Positions 1 to 7,836 of a DNA stretch of 24,000 nt are shown piece by piece. The notes beneath the pieces were generated by a model. It was not told the origin of the DNA and did not search any database. It saw only the letters and a program-made list of their open reading frames with translations. Position 1 is the first letter of the stretch. Every line of letters begins with the position of its first letter. Made by a program: the position numbers and the translations under genes. The DNA lies in sequence record MN047793.1, one strand, 5' to 3'. This DNA is from Xanthomonas phage Xoo-sp13.

Positions 1-65
1 ATTGTAAATCGGAGTTTTAGGTCCATTCTTGTAACACTTTCTAACTAGCCCTTTGGAGTATCAAA

Positions 66-476
66 ATGAACAAGCAGTACAACATTAAGTCCATCCCCCA
101 GACCCTAACCCACATCCCGGCGAAGACTCGTACTGTTACGACCCCTCCGCTGGAAGCCAAGATGAAGTCGATGAAGGTCAACGAATCCTTCATGCTTGAA
201 GGCGCTGAAATGAAGTCCGCCGCACCGAATTGCTATGCAACTGCACGTCGATTGGGGATCAAGGTCACTCTGCGTCAACTTGATGATGGTGTTGGTGTGT
301 GGCGCGTCCGTAACGCAACCCCACGTACCGAACTGGAAGAACGTAAGGAAGAAACTGCAACTCCTTCCCGTCGTGGTCGCCCTCTGGGCAGCAAGAACAA
401 GCCGAAAGAGGCTGTTCAAGCTACTACCGGTCGCCGTACCCGCCAGACCCAGCATCAGCAAGTGGCAAACGCCTAA
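66..476 (+). CDS. Hypothetical small basic protein with AT-hook-like segment (RRGRPLGSKNKPK)
   Basis: ORF of 136 aa with ATG at 66; C-terminal RRGRPLGSKNKPK resembles an AT-hook (GRP core flanked by basic residues); followed by a strong terminator. Confidence 0.75.
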   Translation: MNKQYNIKSIPQTLTHIPAKTRTVTTPPLEAKMKSMKVNESFMLEGAEMKSAAPNCYATARRLGIKVTLRQLDDGVGVWRVRNATPRTELEERKEETATPSRRGRPLGSKNKPKEAVQATTGRRTRQTQHQQVANA

Positions 477-505
477 TCCAATCGTAAAACCTATCTCCGA
501 CTTAG

Positions 506-540
506 AAAGCCCCGGTCTAGCCCACCGGGGCTTTCGTTTG
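506..540 (+). terminator. Rho-independent terminator
   Basis: AAAGCCCCGG-tctagccca-CCGGGGCTTT followed by cgtttg, 30 nt after the 66..476 stop. Confidence 0.85.
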
Positions 541-601
541 TGTGCCTTTGGTGAAGCAAATATTAGGGTAGTGTGAGGGACTTGTCAAGAACTTTTTTCT
601 A

Positions 602-630
602 TTGACATGTACGATTTGTTGGATTATAAT
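602..630 (+). promoter_or_regulatory. Sigma70-like promoter
   Basis: TTGACA (602-607) - 17 nt - TATAAT (625-630), upstream of the ORF at 651. Confidence 0.85.
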
Positions 631-650
631 TATTCAAATACAAGATTAGG

Positions 651-1031
651 ATGAACCCCATGCCTCGCAAGAATTCCAAGACTAAGCAACCCAAGCCGTT
701 TATCGAGAACTGGAGCGTCGCCATTCAACACCTCCATGGGCCGCACGACGCTGAAGAATTGATTCCCACCGTGGACGACTCTCCCGTAGACCCCATGCCT
801 CCTGAACCTCAAGCAGAAGAACTGCCAGCAGTATTCACCGAAGCACAGGAAGAGCGGATTCGTGCAATTATCCGCGAAGAGATTACGGAAAAACTGTCGA
901 TTTCTGATAGCTCTTTCTCTGGCTACTACGGGGAGAATGGTGTCAACCTTTCGTTGAATTATGGGGAAAGCTATCGCTATGGTGAATATCAAACTCTCTC
1001 TTCCATTTCCATTAACATCCCCAAGGGCTAA
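651..1031 (+). CDS. Hypothetical acidic protein
   Basis: 126 aa ORF directly downstream of the promoter; AGG just upstream of the ATG. Confidence 0.75.
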   Translation: MNPMPRKNSKTKQPKPFIENWSVAIQHLHGPHDAEELIPTVDDSPVDPMPPEPQAEELPAVFTEAQEERIRAIIREEITEKLSISDSSFSGYYGENGVNLSLNYGESYRYGEYQTLSSISINIPKG

Positions 1032-1037
1032 TCCTCC

Positions 1038-1625
1038 ATGATTCCATACATCAATACCCATCTGAGTCTGCCTGACCAGCCCGAACTGCTCCAGCAGCCA
1101 CATCGCTACCTTGTTGCTCTAACCGAGAATGCCACGAACAAGTCAGCGTCCCGTGTCATCATCTATGGTCAACACGCACAACAGGGGGTACATGCCCTGG
1201 TGAAGGAGATGGTGGCCGAGATTAACCCAGAATATAAGAGTGCTGAACTCTCTCGTGGGACCTTGGATTGGTTCTTGGATGATGCCTTCCTTTACCCTGA
1301 GCGCTATGAGTGGCGTGATAACGATGATAGACCCGAGAATCGAAGGGACAATTTCGATGGCTTTGACTCCTTCAGTCTAAATGAGTCAGTGCTGGTGCTG
1401 ACAGATAAATCATTGATTCGTTTCAAGATGCGAGGCTTCTGTAAGTGGTCCTATGCAGAATTCACTCTCATTATCACGGATATGGGAGAATTCCTGGTGG
1501 ACTGGTTAGAACAGAAAAATATCCAGAATACACGTGAGTGGACCGAGGCAGCTATTGCTAAGGTGGAAGCACACTCAACCAAGGTGATTGCCGAACTGAA
1601 GAAGTTTCATGCCACGCTAAAATAA
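1038..1625 (+). CDS. Hypothetical protein
   Basis: 195 aa ORF, 6 nt after the previous stop. Confidence 0.8.
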   Translation: MIPYINTHLSLPDQPELLQQPHRYLVALTENATNKSASRVIIYGQHAQQGVHALVKEMVAEINPEYKSAELSRGTLDWFLDDAFLYPERYEWRDNDDRPENRRDNFDGFDSFSLNESVLVLTDKSLIRFKMRGFCKWSYAEFTLIITDMGEFLVDWLEQKNIQNTREWTEAAIAKVEAHSTKVIAELKKFHATLK

Positions 1626-1651
1626 ATAAGCTTCACAGACAGGAATTATCT

Positions 1652-2014
1652 ATGAAGCTTGACCTATTTAACAAATGGCGTGACATCACTAAGTGGGACG
1701 GATTGACCTTGCAGTCTCAGTCAGTACGAAAGGGTGACGTATATGCCACCTACATCCGTGACAAAGACAGCAAGGCCAATATCACCTTTGCAATCAGTCG
1801 TGAGTCAAAGGAACAATCACTAGAACGTGCTATCGCTAAGCTACGTCAAATCGGCACCGATGGCGTTCGTAAGGCTATCCAGACTGGTCAGATGGTTCTA
1901 CCTCGTGACGAACTGGCTCCAGCAAACGAGAAGGATGTTCAATGGCGTGATGGTGCAAACCACAGCCATCGTGCCCAGCGTGACATTGTAGACCGTGAAC
2001 GCGGTTACAATTAA
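1652..2014 (+). CDS. Hypothetical protein
   Basis: 120 aa ORF, colinear with neighbours. Confidence 0.75.
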   Translation: MKLDLFNKWRDITKWDGLTLQSQSVRKGDVYATYIRDKDSKANITFAISRESKEQSLERAIAKLRQIGTDGVRKAIQTGQMVLPRDELAPANEKDVQWRDGANHSHRAQRDIVDRERGYN

Positions 2015-2037
2015 AAGATAAAAATACGTTTTAACAG

Positions 2038-2066
2038 TTGACTCCGGGTGAAGTTGTCCCTATAAT
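2038..2066 (+). promoter_or_regulatory. Sigma70-like promoter
   Basis: TTGACT (2038-2043) - 17 nt - TATAAT (2061-2066), upstream of the SleB-like gene. Confidence 0.8.
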
Positions 2067-2097
2067 TTAGGCACACCAACCAACCCGGAGCATCAAC

Positions 2098-2697
2098 ATG
2101 ACCACTTCTGGTCGTATTGCCGTCCTGATTGCAGCCTTGGCCGCAGCTTCTTGTTCTTTCTTACACAAGAAATCACAGGATGAAGTTATCGATATCTCTC
2201 ACATCAAGCCCATCACGGAAGTCATTTTGGTCGATGCCAGTGACTTTCTCGTCAAGATCGACCCGGTTGAGTACGATTGCATGCGTACCAACATGTACTA
2301 CGAAGCCCGTAACCAACGTACTGACACTGCTTACATCGCAGTTGGCTATACCGTGTTGAATCGCACTGCATCCAAGCGGTATCCCAACACCGTATGTGGT
2401 GTGGTGACCCAAGCACGTCGTGACATCAAGGGCAACCCGATTCGTCATAAGTGCCAATTCTCGTGGTATTGCGATGGCAAGTCGAACAAGCCCAGGCTGG
2501 ACAATGTGATTGAACAGCGCGCGTGGGACCGAGCTAGCCTACTTGCCCTCAAAGTAATGAGGAAAGAAGTTGACAATCCGATTGGGTCAGCTACAATGTA
2601 TCACGCTAATTATGTAAAACCATTTTGGAAGGATTCGTACCGGCAAGTTGCAGTGATTGAATCCCACATCTTCTATACCAAACCTACAAAGGCATAA
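2098..2697 (+). CDS. SleB-like cell wall hydrolase, exported or lipoprotein-like N-terminus
   Basis: 'MRTNMYYEARNQRTDTAYIAVGYTVLNR...YPNTVCGVVTQ...CQFSWYCDG...ATMYHANYVKPFW' matches the Hydrolase_2/SleB pattern; N-terminal hydrophobic stretch ending AAASC could be a lipobox. Confidence 0.85.
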   Translation: MTTSGRIAVLIAALAAASCSFLHKKSQDEVIDISHIKPITEVILVDASDFLVKIDPVEYDCMRTNMYYEARNQRTDTAYIAVGYTVLNRTASKRYPNTVCGVVTQARRDIKGNPIRHKCQFSWYCDGKSNKPRLDNVIEQRAWDRASLLALKVMRKEVDNPIGSATMYHANYVKPFWKDSYRQVAVIESHIFYTKPTKA

Positions 2698-2701
2698 GGC
2701 C

Positions 2702-3169
2702 ATGCAATTCAATTCTAATTCGTGGTTCTTTCGTACGTATCTGCGCAATTACATGCTTCCATGTACCGTATGCGAATTGCTGACTACCACCTTTCGCGCT
2801 ACTGCTAGGTATGCAGCCGTAATTTGGTTCATAACCCTGCTGGTGCTATCACCAATCATGGTAGGTTTAATAATTTTTGAAGTCCCTATGGCAGTGGGCT
2901 TTCCCCCAATACTGAAAACAGTATTCACCGGGATTGGTTTTCTTGAAGCATTATTTGGTATAGCTTTCGTAGTAGGTTACTTATTTCTGAAAATTGAAGC
3001 TTATATTGTGGAAAAGACTTGCGATAGTTGGACCGACTGGGGATACGTGCCTAAAGCTAGGACTCCTGGCAAAGTATATAACTTCTTTCTTACCCTGAAG
3101 AACCTGACCAAAGCGGTATATGCCCGTGTCAAGGACAAGACTTGCGTCATGATTGAGTACAAGGATTAA
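2702..3169 (+). CDS. Putative membrane protein (about 2 TM segments)
   Basis: ATG at 2702 (MQFNSNSWFF), 5 nt after the hydrolase stop. The tool ORF begins at 2657 inside the upstream gene. Two hydrophobic segments. Confidence 0.75.
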   Translation: MQFNSNSWFFRTYLRNYMLPCTVCELLTTTFRATARYAAVIWFITLLVLSPIMVGLIIFEVPMAVGFPPILKTVFTGIGFLEALFGIAFVVGYLFLKIEAYIVEKTCDSWTDWGYVPKARTPGKVYNFFLTLKNLTKAVYARVKDKTCVMIEYKD

Positions 3170-3187
3170 AAAAGTTTTGACAAATCC

Positions 3188-3216
3188 TTGACAGAATCGA
3201 ATTCAAGTAGTAATCT
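3188..3216 (+). promoter_or_regulatory. Sigma70-like promoter
   Basis: TTGACA (3188-3193) - 17 nt - TAATCT (3211-3216), upstream of ATG 3260. Confidence 0.65.
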
Positions 3217-3259
3217 ACAACCTCTCCCAACAACATCAACAACAAACGGTAATCACAAT

Positions 3260-3589
3260 ATGAATCTTGTCCGTTATGCACATGTCCAGAAGCCTCGTCT
3301 TCGCTATACCGTCGCCTACAACTTCAAGCGTGAAGGTGACAAACTCGAAATCAACTATGGTATCGCCCAGTGTAGTAAGGAAGATACTTTCACTCGCGCT
3401 GAGGGTCGTAATGTCGCCGAGGAGCGCCTACGCATCGCTAGTTCGGCTAGCCAGAGTACCAGTGCTAGTACCCCCGCGCTTCGCCTCGGAACGCTTGTGG
3501 TGAAGGATACGGACGGTCTGAACGTCTCTAAGACCATCCGTGAGCACTTCGAAGCACAGCGTAAGGCTGTTCTTAACAACTCCAAGTAA
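3260..3589 (+). CDS. Hypothetical protein
   Basis: MNLVRYAHVQKPRLRY... The tool start at 3188 coincides with the promoter -35 box, so the ATG at 3260 is preferred. Confidence 0.75.
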   Translation: MNLVRYAHVQKPRLRYTVAYNFKREGDKLEINYGIAQCSKEDTFTRAEGRNVAEERLRIASSASQSTSASTPALRLGTLVVKDTDGLNVSKTIREHFEAQRKAVLNNSK

Positions 3590-3598
3590 TACTAACAA

Positions 3599-3635
3599 CC
3601 CGGTGTCGTGATATGGCTTCCTGCACGACACCGGG
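3599..3635 (+). terminator. Strong 12-bp hairpin, possible terminator
   Basis: CCCGGTGTCGTG-N13-CACGACACCGGG shortly after the 3589 stop; no clear U-tract follows. Confidence 0.55.
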
Positions 3636-3680
3636 CCTCCTGTTAGGAAGCCACTATTTTATTACTTGGATTTACTTTAA

Positions 3681-3875
3681 ATGATTAAGAAAGAACTGAT
3701 CTTTACATACCACAGTGATGGTACTTACTTCTCATTCGCTCCCTTCAAGAGCGTTTATGATCGTCAAGCTAGGAAGCAGCGTTATCAGCTTGATATGTAC
3801 CGTGATCTTGTAGCCGAACGTGATTCTGCGTCGGTTTTCATTCTGGATAACACCGGGCACGAACTAGCTAAATAA
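3681..3875 (+). CDS. Hypothetical small protein
   Basis: 64 aa ORF, colinear. Confidence 0.6.
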   Translation: MIKKELIFTYHSDGTYFSFAPFKSVYDRQARKQRYQLDMYRDLVAERDSASVFILDNTGHELAK

Positions 3876-3900
3876 GATTCCCATCCCCAAGAGAGGAATC

Positions 3901-4098
3901 ATGAATACTTTTCGTACGACGCTACTAGAAACCTTCGGAATCGAACACGACTTCACTGCAATTGGTCATACGGACATTAAGCTCCAACACTTAAATGCCG
4001 AGGAACCTTTTGGTGAAATTGTAACAAATGACAAAGGCAAGACTACATTGCGAGTAGGGCACGTTCTGTCAAACGGCCCCACACTTACTATCAAGTAA
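3901..4098 (+). CDS. Hypothetical small protein
   Basis: 65 aa ORF preceded by an AGAGAGG Shine-Dalgarno-like sequence. Confidence 0.7.
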   Translation: MNTFRTTLLETFGIEHDFTAIGHTDIKLQHLNAEEPFGEIVTNDKGKTTLRVGHVLSNGPTLTIK

Positions 4099-4103
4099 AT
4101 CGG

Positions 4104-4997
4104 TTAATTTGATGTGGCAAGGCGGTGAAAATCCTTCACCGCCTTTTTCCATTTTAGTGGATTATTACGGTATAAGGATTTGAAGAACCGACTATGAAAG
4201 TTCGGCTTATACTTCAAAAATCCTTCAGGCATTGGTGCTACTGGATTCAAGAATGCTCGCATCAGTGCAGTAGCCTGTTCAGGCGATACTTCTTGACGTT
4301 TACGCACAGCAGCCAATGTTCGCTTGAAATCTCCAACCGCTGTGGTAATCTGGGGCTGGAATTCAATCTGTGAATTTAGATACGTATCTTCATCGTCATC
4401 AGCCTTTGGCATTGCCATCTGACTCGGATGAAACTTGCGGAGTACGACATCTTGTGTTGCGTGTTGCATTTCGTGGGAAATCATGTTCTCTAATTCTTTT
4501 AAATCATGGGCGATAGATTGTGCATCTCCAGGGTTATCAGTGATACCGGGAACTGCATTAAGATTGACGAATATACTGGCTGAACTGCCTCGACTCATCT
4601 GGTAATATTCTGCCCCATTCTTTGTGTTCGTTGCGTGAGCATCTACCACAATCTTGATAGGATAACTTTTCTGAAGTCTTACTGTCTTCTTGCGATAGTT
4701 ATCTGGTAATTCAGATGGATTGTATGATACAGTGCCTTGAATGGTATCACTATCATACACCTTGAACGTCCCATACTTCTGTCTAGCAGCCTTCAGAGCT
4801 TGTGTGAATTCCTTGCTCGGTTGCTCACCACTCTCTCGCATCAATCTCGAAATGTAACTAAAGTATCCACATGCCACAATGTTCATGGCCTGTTGAACTG
4901 CTGAAGTAGGTACAGCAATGCGAAATTCTAAAAGATATTGGGAGAAGGTCTGTTTCATCCCAATATTTATGGGATACATCCCCGTCCTGCCATCCAT
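4104..4997 (-). CDS. Putative zincin-type metallopeptidase or HExxH-containing protein
   Basis: 297 aa ORF with 'ELENMISHEMQHATQD' (HEMQH = HExxH). Alternative starts are M7 and M14. Confidence 0.65.
   Translation of the reverse strand: MDGRTGMYPINIGMKQTFSQYLLEFRIAVPTSAVQQAMNIVACGYFSYISRLMRESGEQPSKEFTQALKAARQKYGTFKVYDSDTIQGTVSYNPSELPDNYRKKTVRLQKSYPIKIVVDAHATNTKNGAEYYQMSRGSSASIFVNLNAVPGITDNPGDAQSIAHDLKELENMISHEMQHATQDVVLRKFHPSQMAMPKADDDEDTYLNSQIEFQPQITTAVGDFKRTLAAVRKRQEVSPEQATALMRAFLNPVAPMPEGFLKYKPNFHSRFFKSLYRNNPLKWKKAVKDFHRLATSN
4119..4148 (+). terminator. Rho-independent terminator at a convergent gene junction
   Basis: AAGGCGGTGAA-aatcc-TTCACCGCCTTTTT; lies inside the 3' coding end of the opposing ORF. 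Confidence 0.85.
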
Positions 4998-5103
4998 TTT
5001 ACACTATAATTTATACAAATGCAATAGACAGAAGCTAACCAGGGCAGGTTGCAATAGGAACCGTTGAGTGTATAGTGGGTAGTAAGTAGTTTATGACGCC
5101 CAT

Positions 5104-5139
5104 AAAAAAGTCCCCCAGACCACAAGGGACTAGGGGGAC
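5104..5139 (-). terminator. Rho-independent terminator for the M23 gene
   Basis: On the - strand: GTCCCCC...GGGGGAC followed by TTTTTT, 18 nt past the M23 stop. Confidence 0.8.
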
Positions 5140-5156
5140 AACGCACTGCTACTGTC

Positions 5157-5879
5157 TTACTGTGTCAGGAACGCTGTGGGGTTCACCAGCGACCCATTGC
5201 GCCGTACCTCTACGTGTACGTGCACACCTGTTGCTACACCGGTCCTACCGGCTTTAGCAATTACCGTTCCTGTGTCCACCACGTCTCCCACCTTCACAAG
5301 GATGGCAGAATGGTGTGCAAGAAGAGAAGTGTAACCGTTCTCATGATCGATTTCAACAACCATTCCGTAACCGTTACGGAATCCTGCGAACACGACAACT
5401 CCAGCGGCTGGAGCCATCACTGGGGTTCCAAGCTTCGCTGCTAGATCAATTCCATCATGGTGACGGACTCTGCCACGTACAGGGTGCTTCCTGTATCCAA
5501 ATGCAGAAGTAATCATGCCGGTGATTAAAGGGATGCGGGAAGAGGCTTGTGATGGATCATCACCCAGAATATTCTCTGGCTTCCTAATGAATGTGGCTAG
5601 AGAGTTTTCTTCTAGCTTTGGCAAATTACAATTGAATTCCCTTGGGGGAAGTTTCTTCGGGAGTTTAAATAAATCACTCACTGTAAAATGCGGACTACCC
5701 GTAAATACATATGGTGATGATGTTGCTGTTGCTGTTGCGGCAATCGCATTAACGTTATCTTGTGCTTTCGCTTCGTTAAATGCGCTTCCAATAAACGTCA
5801 TGGTTATTGAAAGGAATATCGCTGCTGCCTTCTTACTTACGGAACGATGTTGCTGTTCCTTGGTTAATATTTCATGCAT
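5157..5879 (-). CDS. Secreted M23-family peptidase (LytM-like endopeptidase)
   Basis: N-terminal signal-like segment (FLSITMTFIGSAFNEAKA|Q); 'HPVRGRVRHHDGIDLAAKLGTPVMAPAAGVVVFAG...YGMVVEIDH...GRTGVATGVHVHVEVR' carries M23 motifs. Confidence 0.93.
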   Translation of the reverse strand: MHEILTKEQQHRSVSKKAAAIFLSITMTFIGSAFNEAKAQDNVNAIAATATATSSPYVFTGSPHFTVSDLFKLPKKLPPREFNCNLPKLEENSLATFIRKPENILGDDPSQASSRIPLITGMITSAFGYRKHPVRGRVRHHDGIDLAAKLGTPVMAPAAGVVVFAGFRNGYGMVVEIDHENGYTSLLAHHSAILVKVGDVVDTGTVIAKAGRTGVATGVHVHVEVRRNGSLVNPTAFLTQ

Positions 5880-5950
5880 AGAGTTTCCTTAATAATCTAA
5901 GCCTTGCGGGGCTTATAATTTTTCCTCATAAAGTAGATATTTAGTAACAA

Positions 5951-5985
5951 AGAAAGAAGGCCTAGTGTATCATCACTAAGCCTTC
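5951..5985 (-). terminator. Putative rho-independent terminator
   Basis: On the - strand: GAAGGCTTAGTG-atgata-CACTAGGCCTTC followed by tttctttg; lies downstream of the small ORF 6016-6180. Confidence 0.7.
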
Positions 5986-6015
5986 ATTACAACTTCATGT
6001 CATATTTTAAGTGTA

Positions 6016-6180
6016 TTAGCTAAGCCAGCCCTTCAAATGCTGACGCTCACTATTACTGAGTTCCCGTTGCAGAAACCCTTCAAGCTCAAACAGGGTGGTC
6101 ATTTGCGCCACTTCTTGAGTCTCAGATTGACTCAATTCTTTCCCCAACATGCCTTCAACGATAAAAGGTAAATCATTCAT
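6016..6180 (-). CDS. Hypothetical small protein (54 aa), not in the supplied ORF track
   Basis: MNDLPFIVEGMLGKELSQSETQEVAQMTTLFELEGFLQRELSNSERQHLKGWLS*. ATG at 6180 overlaps the upstream gene's TGA (ATGA junction). Confidence 0.7.
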   Translation of the reverse strand: MNDLPFIVEGMLGKELSQSETQEVAQMTTLFELEGFLQRELSNSERQHLKGWLS

Positions 6181-6602
6181 AAAACCATGTCCTCAGTCTT
6201 ATACGAATATGCGCTTTCGTTACCATCAAACTCTTCAAACGCGACCAAATATCCAGGCCGTCCCCACTGTACACACAATTCATGCGCAGACCAATAAGCA
6301 TCCGGCCACTTAGTATTGGCGTAGTTAATGATTTCAATATAACGACGCTTCAATTCCGGGTGCTTAGCAGAATCCCAATTACGCTTTTCCGCATGTGCCA
6401 ATACATCTTCATTGGCTTTAATCCAATCCCATACGTTTAACACCATCCTAATCAAGGTGGGGTCTGTTCCGCAATCTGGATACGTATCACCATTTTGACT
6501 AAACCAGCCAACTCCATAGCCAGGGGATACAATGTATCCCACTTCACCCTTGTCATTATAATATCGATTAGTCTGCCGTGGAAGATTCATCAGTGATTCC
6601 AT
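6177..6602 (-). CDS. Hypothetical protein
   Basis: 141 aa ORF; start may be M5 (6590); overlaps the 3' end of the RNA ligase gene. Confidence 0.75.
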   Translation of the reverse strand: MESLMNLPRQTNRYYNDKGEVGYIVSPGYGVGWFSQNGDTYPDCGTDPTLIRMVLNVWDWIKANEDVLAHAEKRNWDSAKHPELKRRYIEIINYANTKWPDAYWSAHELCVQWGRPGYLVAFEEFDGNESAYSYKTEDMVL

Positions 6603-7737
6603 AAAGCTTATAGTTCTTAATCAAATGTTCCTTCAGGCCCATATCACGACCAATATACAGGTTCATCGCCAGAGAGAATACACCATCTGCCTTAAGCACT
6701 TCCTGTCCCTTGATTGCATAATCCTTACGAGACAGCCCAGCATTTTCATTGTAGAATTCTTCCACCACACGATGCAGTCGGTTATACAGGGTCCGCCCCT
6801 TTTCTTCCATCTGTTCGATACGCAGAATTGCCAGCGGGTCCGCCACAAACAGCGCCTTGAGGTCATCCGACTGTTCCATGATGACAGACTCAAACAGACG
6901 ACGCGGGTTGTTAATCTGGTCCTTTTGCAGATGCAGATTGGAATACCAGTTAGTCTTAAGCTTTACCTTGAGACCATTCTGGAAAGTGAACACATATCCT
7001 TCGATACCCGTCATCTCCCGCACTTCCTCCACAAACGCTTCCATGTCGGCCGGCAGCGGATGTTCCTTACGCGTGAACCATTCCGGGAAGCCAGACGTTG
7101 CAAGGTCCACATATTCGCCAGTACCATTGTGACGAATGTTCAGAACGCGAAGCGTCGGCTTGGAATATCCGATAACAATCTGGTTATCCGGAGCCATGTA
7201 TTCCATGTTGACAGTGCAGCCAAGGTCCACATAGCCAGCAACCAACTTCTGAAATTCCCAATACTCTTCAGTCTCGATAAGAGCCTGTGCCGCAACTGCC
7301 TGAGCAGACGACAGAGAAGTCTTAGACTTCAGAATGAAACTGCGACCAGCATTGACAGCCTGACGCGGCAATGCCACCGTTGAGATAAGCGAACCGTCCA
7401 GCTTGTCTTCAATGGAAACCACCTTGGTCCAATCAAGGTCCATGGTGAACGGGTTCTCACCCACATTGAAAAACTTCTGCATCGGCAGCGAAACCAGAAT
7501 CGGCTCTACCTGTGCATAGCCACCATTCTCAGAAACTGCCACGGTGTCCGTATCATTATACGGAAGCAGGAAGGTATGACCACGGCATTCCAATGCACCC
7601 GGCTTCAGGAATTCGGTGTAAGACGCAAGACGATACGTGAACACGCGAAACGTCCGGCCATAGCGAACATGGTCCACAAAATAGAACGCATCAGTGTCTG
7701 CACACAAGGCCATCAGTTGGGAGTAAAGGTTACGCAT
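6568..7737 (-). CDS. rnlA: T4 Rnl1-type RNA ligase
   Basis: 'YRLASYTEFLKPGALECRGHTF...MQKFFNVGENPFTMDLDW...EDKLDGSLIST...KSK...NMEYMAPDNQIVIGY...GYVFTFQNGLKVKLKTNWYSNLH' has the nucleotidyltransferase motif KxDGS and extended T4 RnlA similarity. Start placed at M7 (MRNLYSQLMALC). Confidence 0.95.
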   Translation of the reverse strand: MRNLYSQLMALCADTDAFYFVDHVRYGRTFRVFTYRLASYTEFLKPGALECRGHTFLLPYNDTDTVAVSENGGYAQVEPILVSLPMQKFFNVGENPFTMDLDWTKVVSIEDKLDGSLISTVALPRQAVNAGRSFILKSKTSLSSAQAVAAQALIETEEYWEFQKLVAGYVDLGCTVNMEYMAPDNQIVIGYSKPTLRVLNIRHNGTGEYVDLATSGFPEWFTRKEHPLPADMEAFVEEVREMTGIEGYVFTFQNGLKVKLKTNWYSNLHLQKDQINNPRRLFESVIMEQSDDLKALFVADPLAILRIEQMEEKGRTLYNRLHRVVEEFYNENAGLSRKDYAIKGQEVLKADGVFSLAMNLYIGRDMGLKEHLIKNYKLYGITDESSTAD

Positions 7738-7766
7738 ATAAGTTCTTCCTGTCATTTGATGGATAA

Positions 7767-7795
7767 ATTATAGAACAAAAAATGGGCCGTGTCAA
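7767..7795 (-). promoter_or_regulatory. Sigma70-like promoter for the RNA ligase gene
   Basis: On the - strand: TTGACA (7795-7790) - 17 nt - TATAAT (7772-7767). Confidence 0.85.
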
Positions 7796-7808
7796 TAAGA
7801 CACAGCCC
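7776..7808 (-). terminator. Rho-independent terminator of the rIIB-like gene, overlapping the next promoter
   Basis: On the - strand: GGGCTGTGTC-TTATT-GACACGGCCC-ATTTTTT. Confidence 0.85.
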
Positions 7809-7836
7809 ATGAAGTACAACAAATTGGGATTTTGTA

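Noticed and set aside
5214-5892. + strand ORFs opposite the M23 peptidase
   Set aside because: Antisense to a gene with clear catalytic motifs.
5885-5925. TAAGCC-TTGCGG-GGCTTA-TAATTTTT as promoter or terminator
   Set aside because: Stem of only 6 bp, and the TATAAT is in the + direction with no correctly spaced -35 and no + gene downstream; left unassigned.
6625-7383. 252 aa + strand ORF
   Set aside because: Antisense to the T4 Rnl1-type ligase gene, which has unambiguous motifs; likely a shadow ORF.
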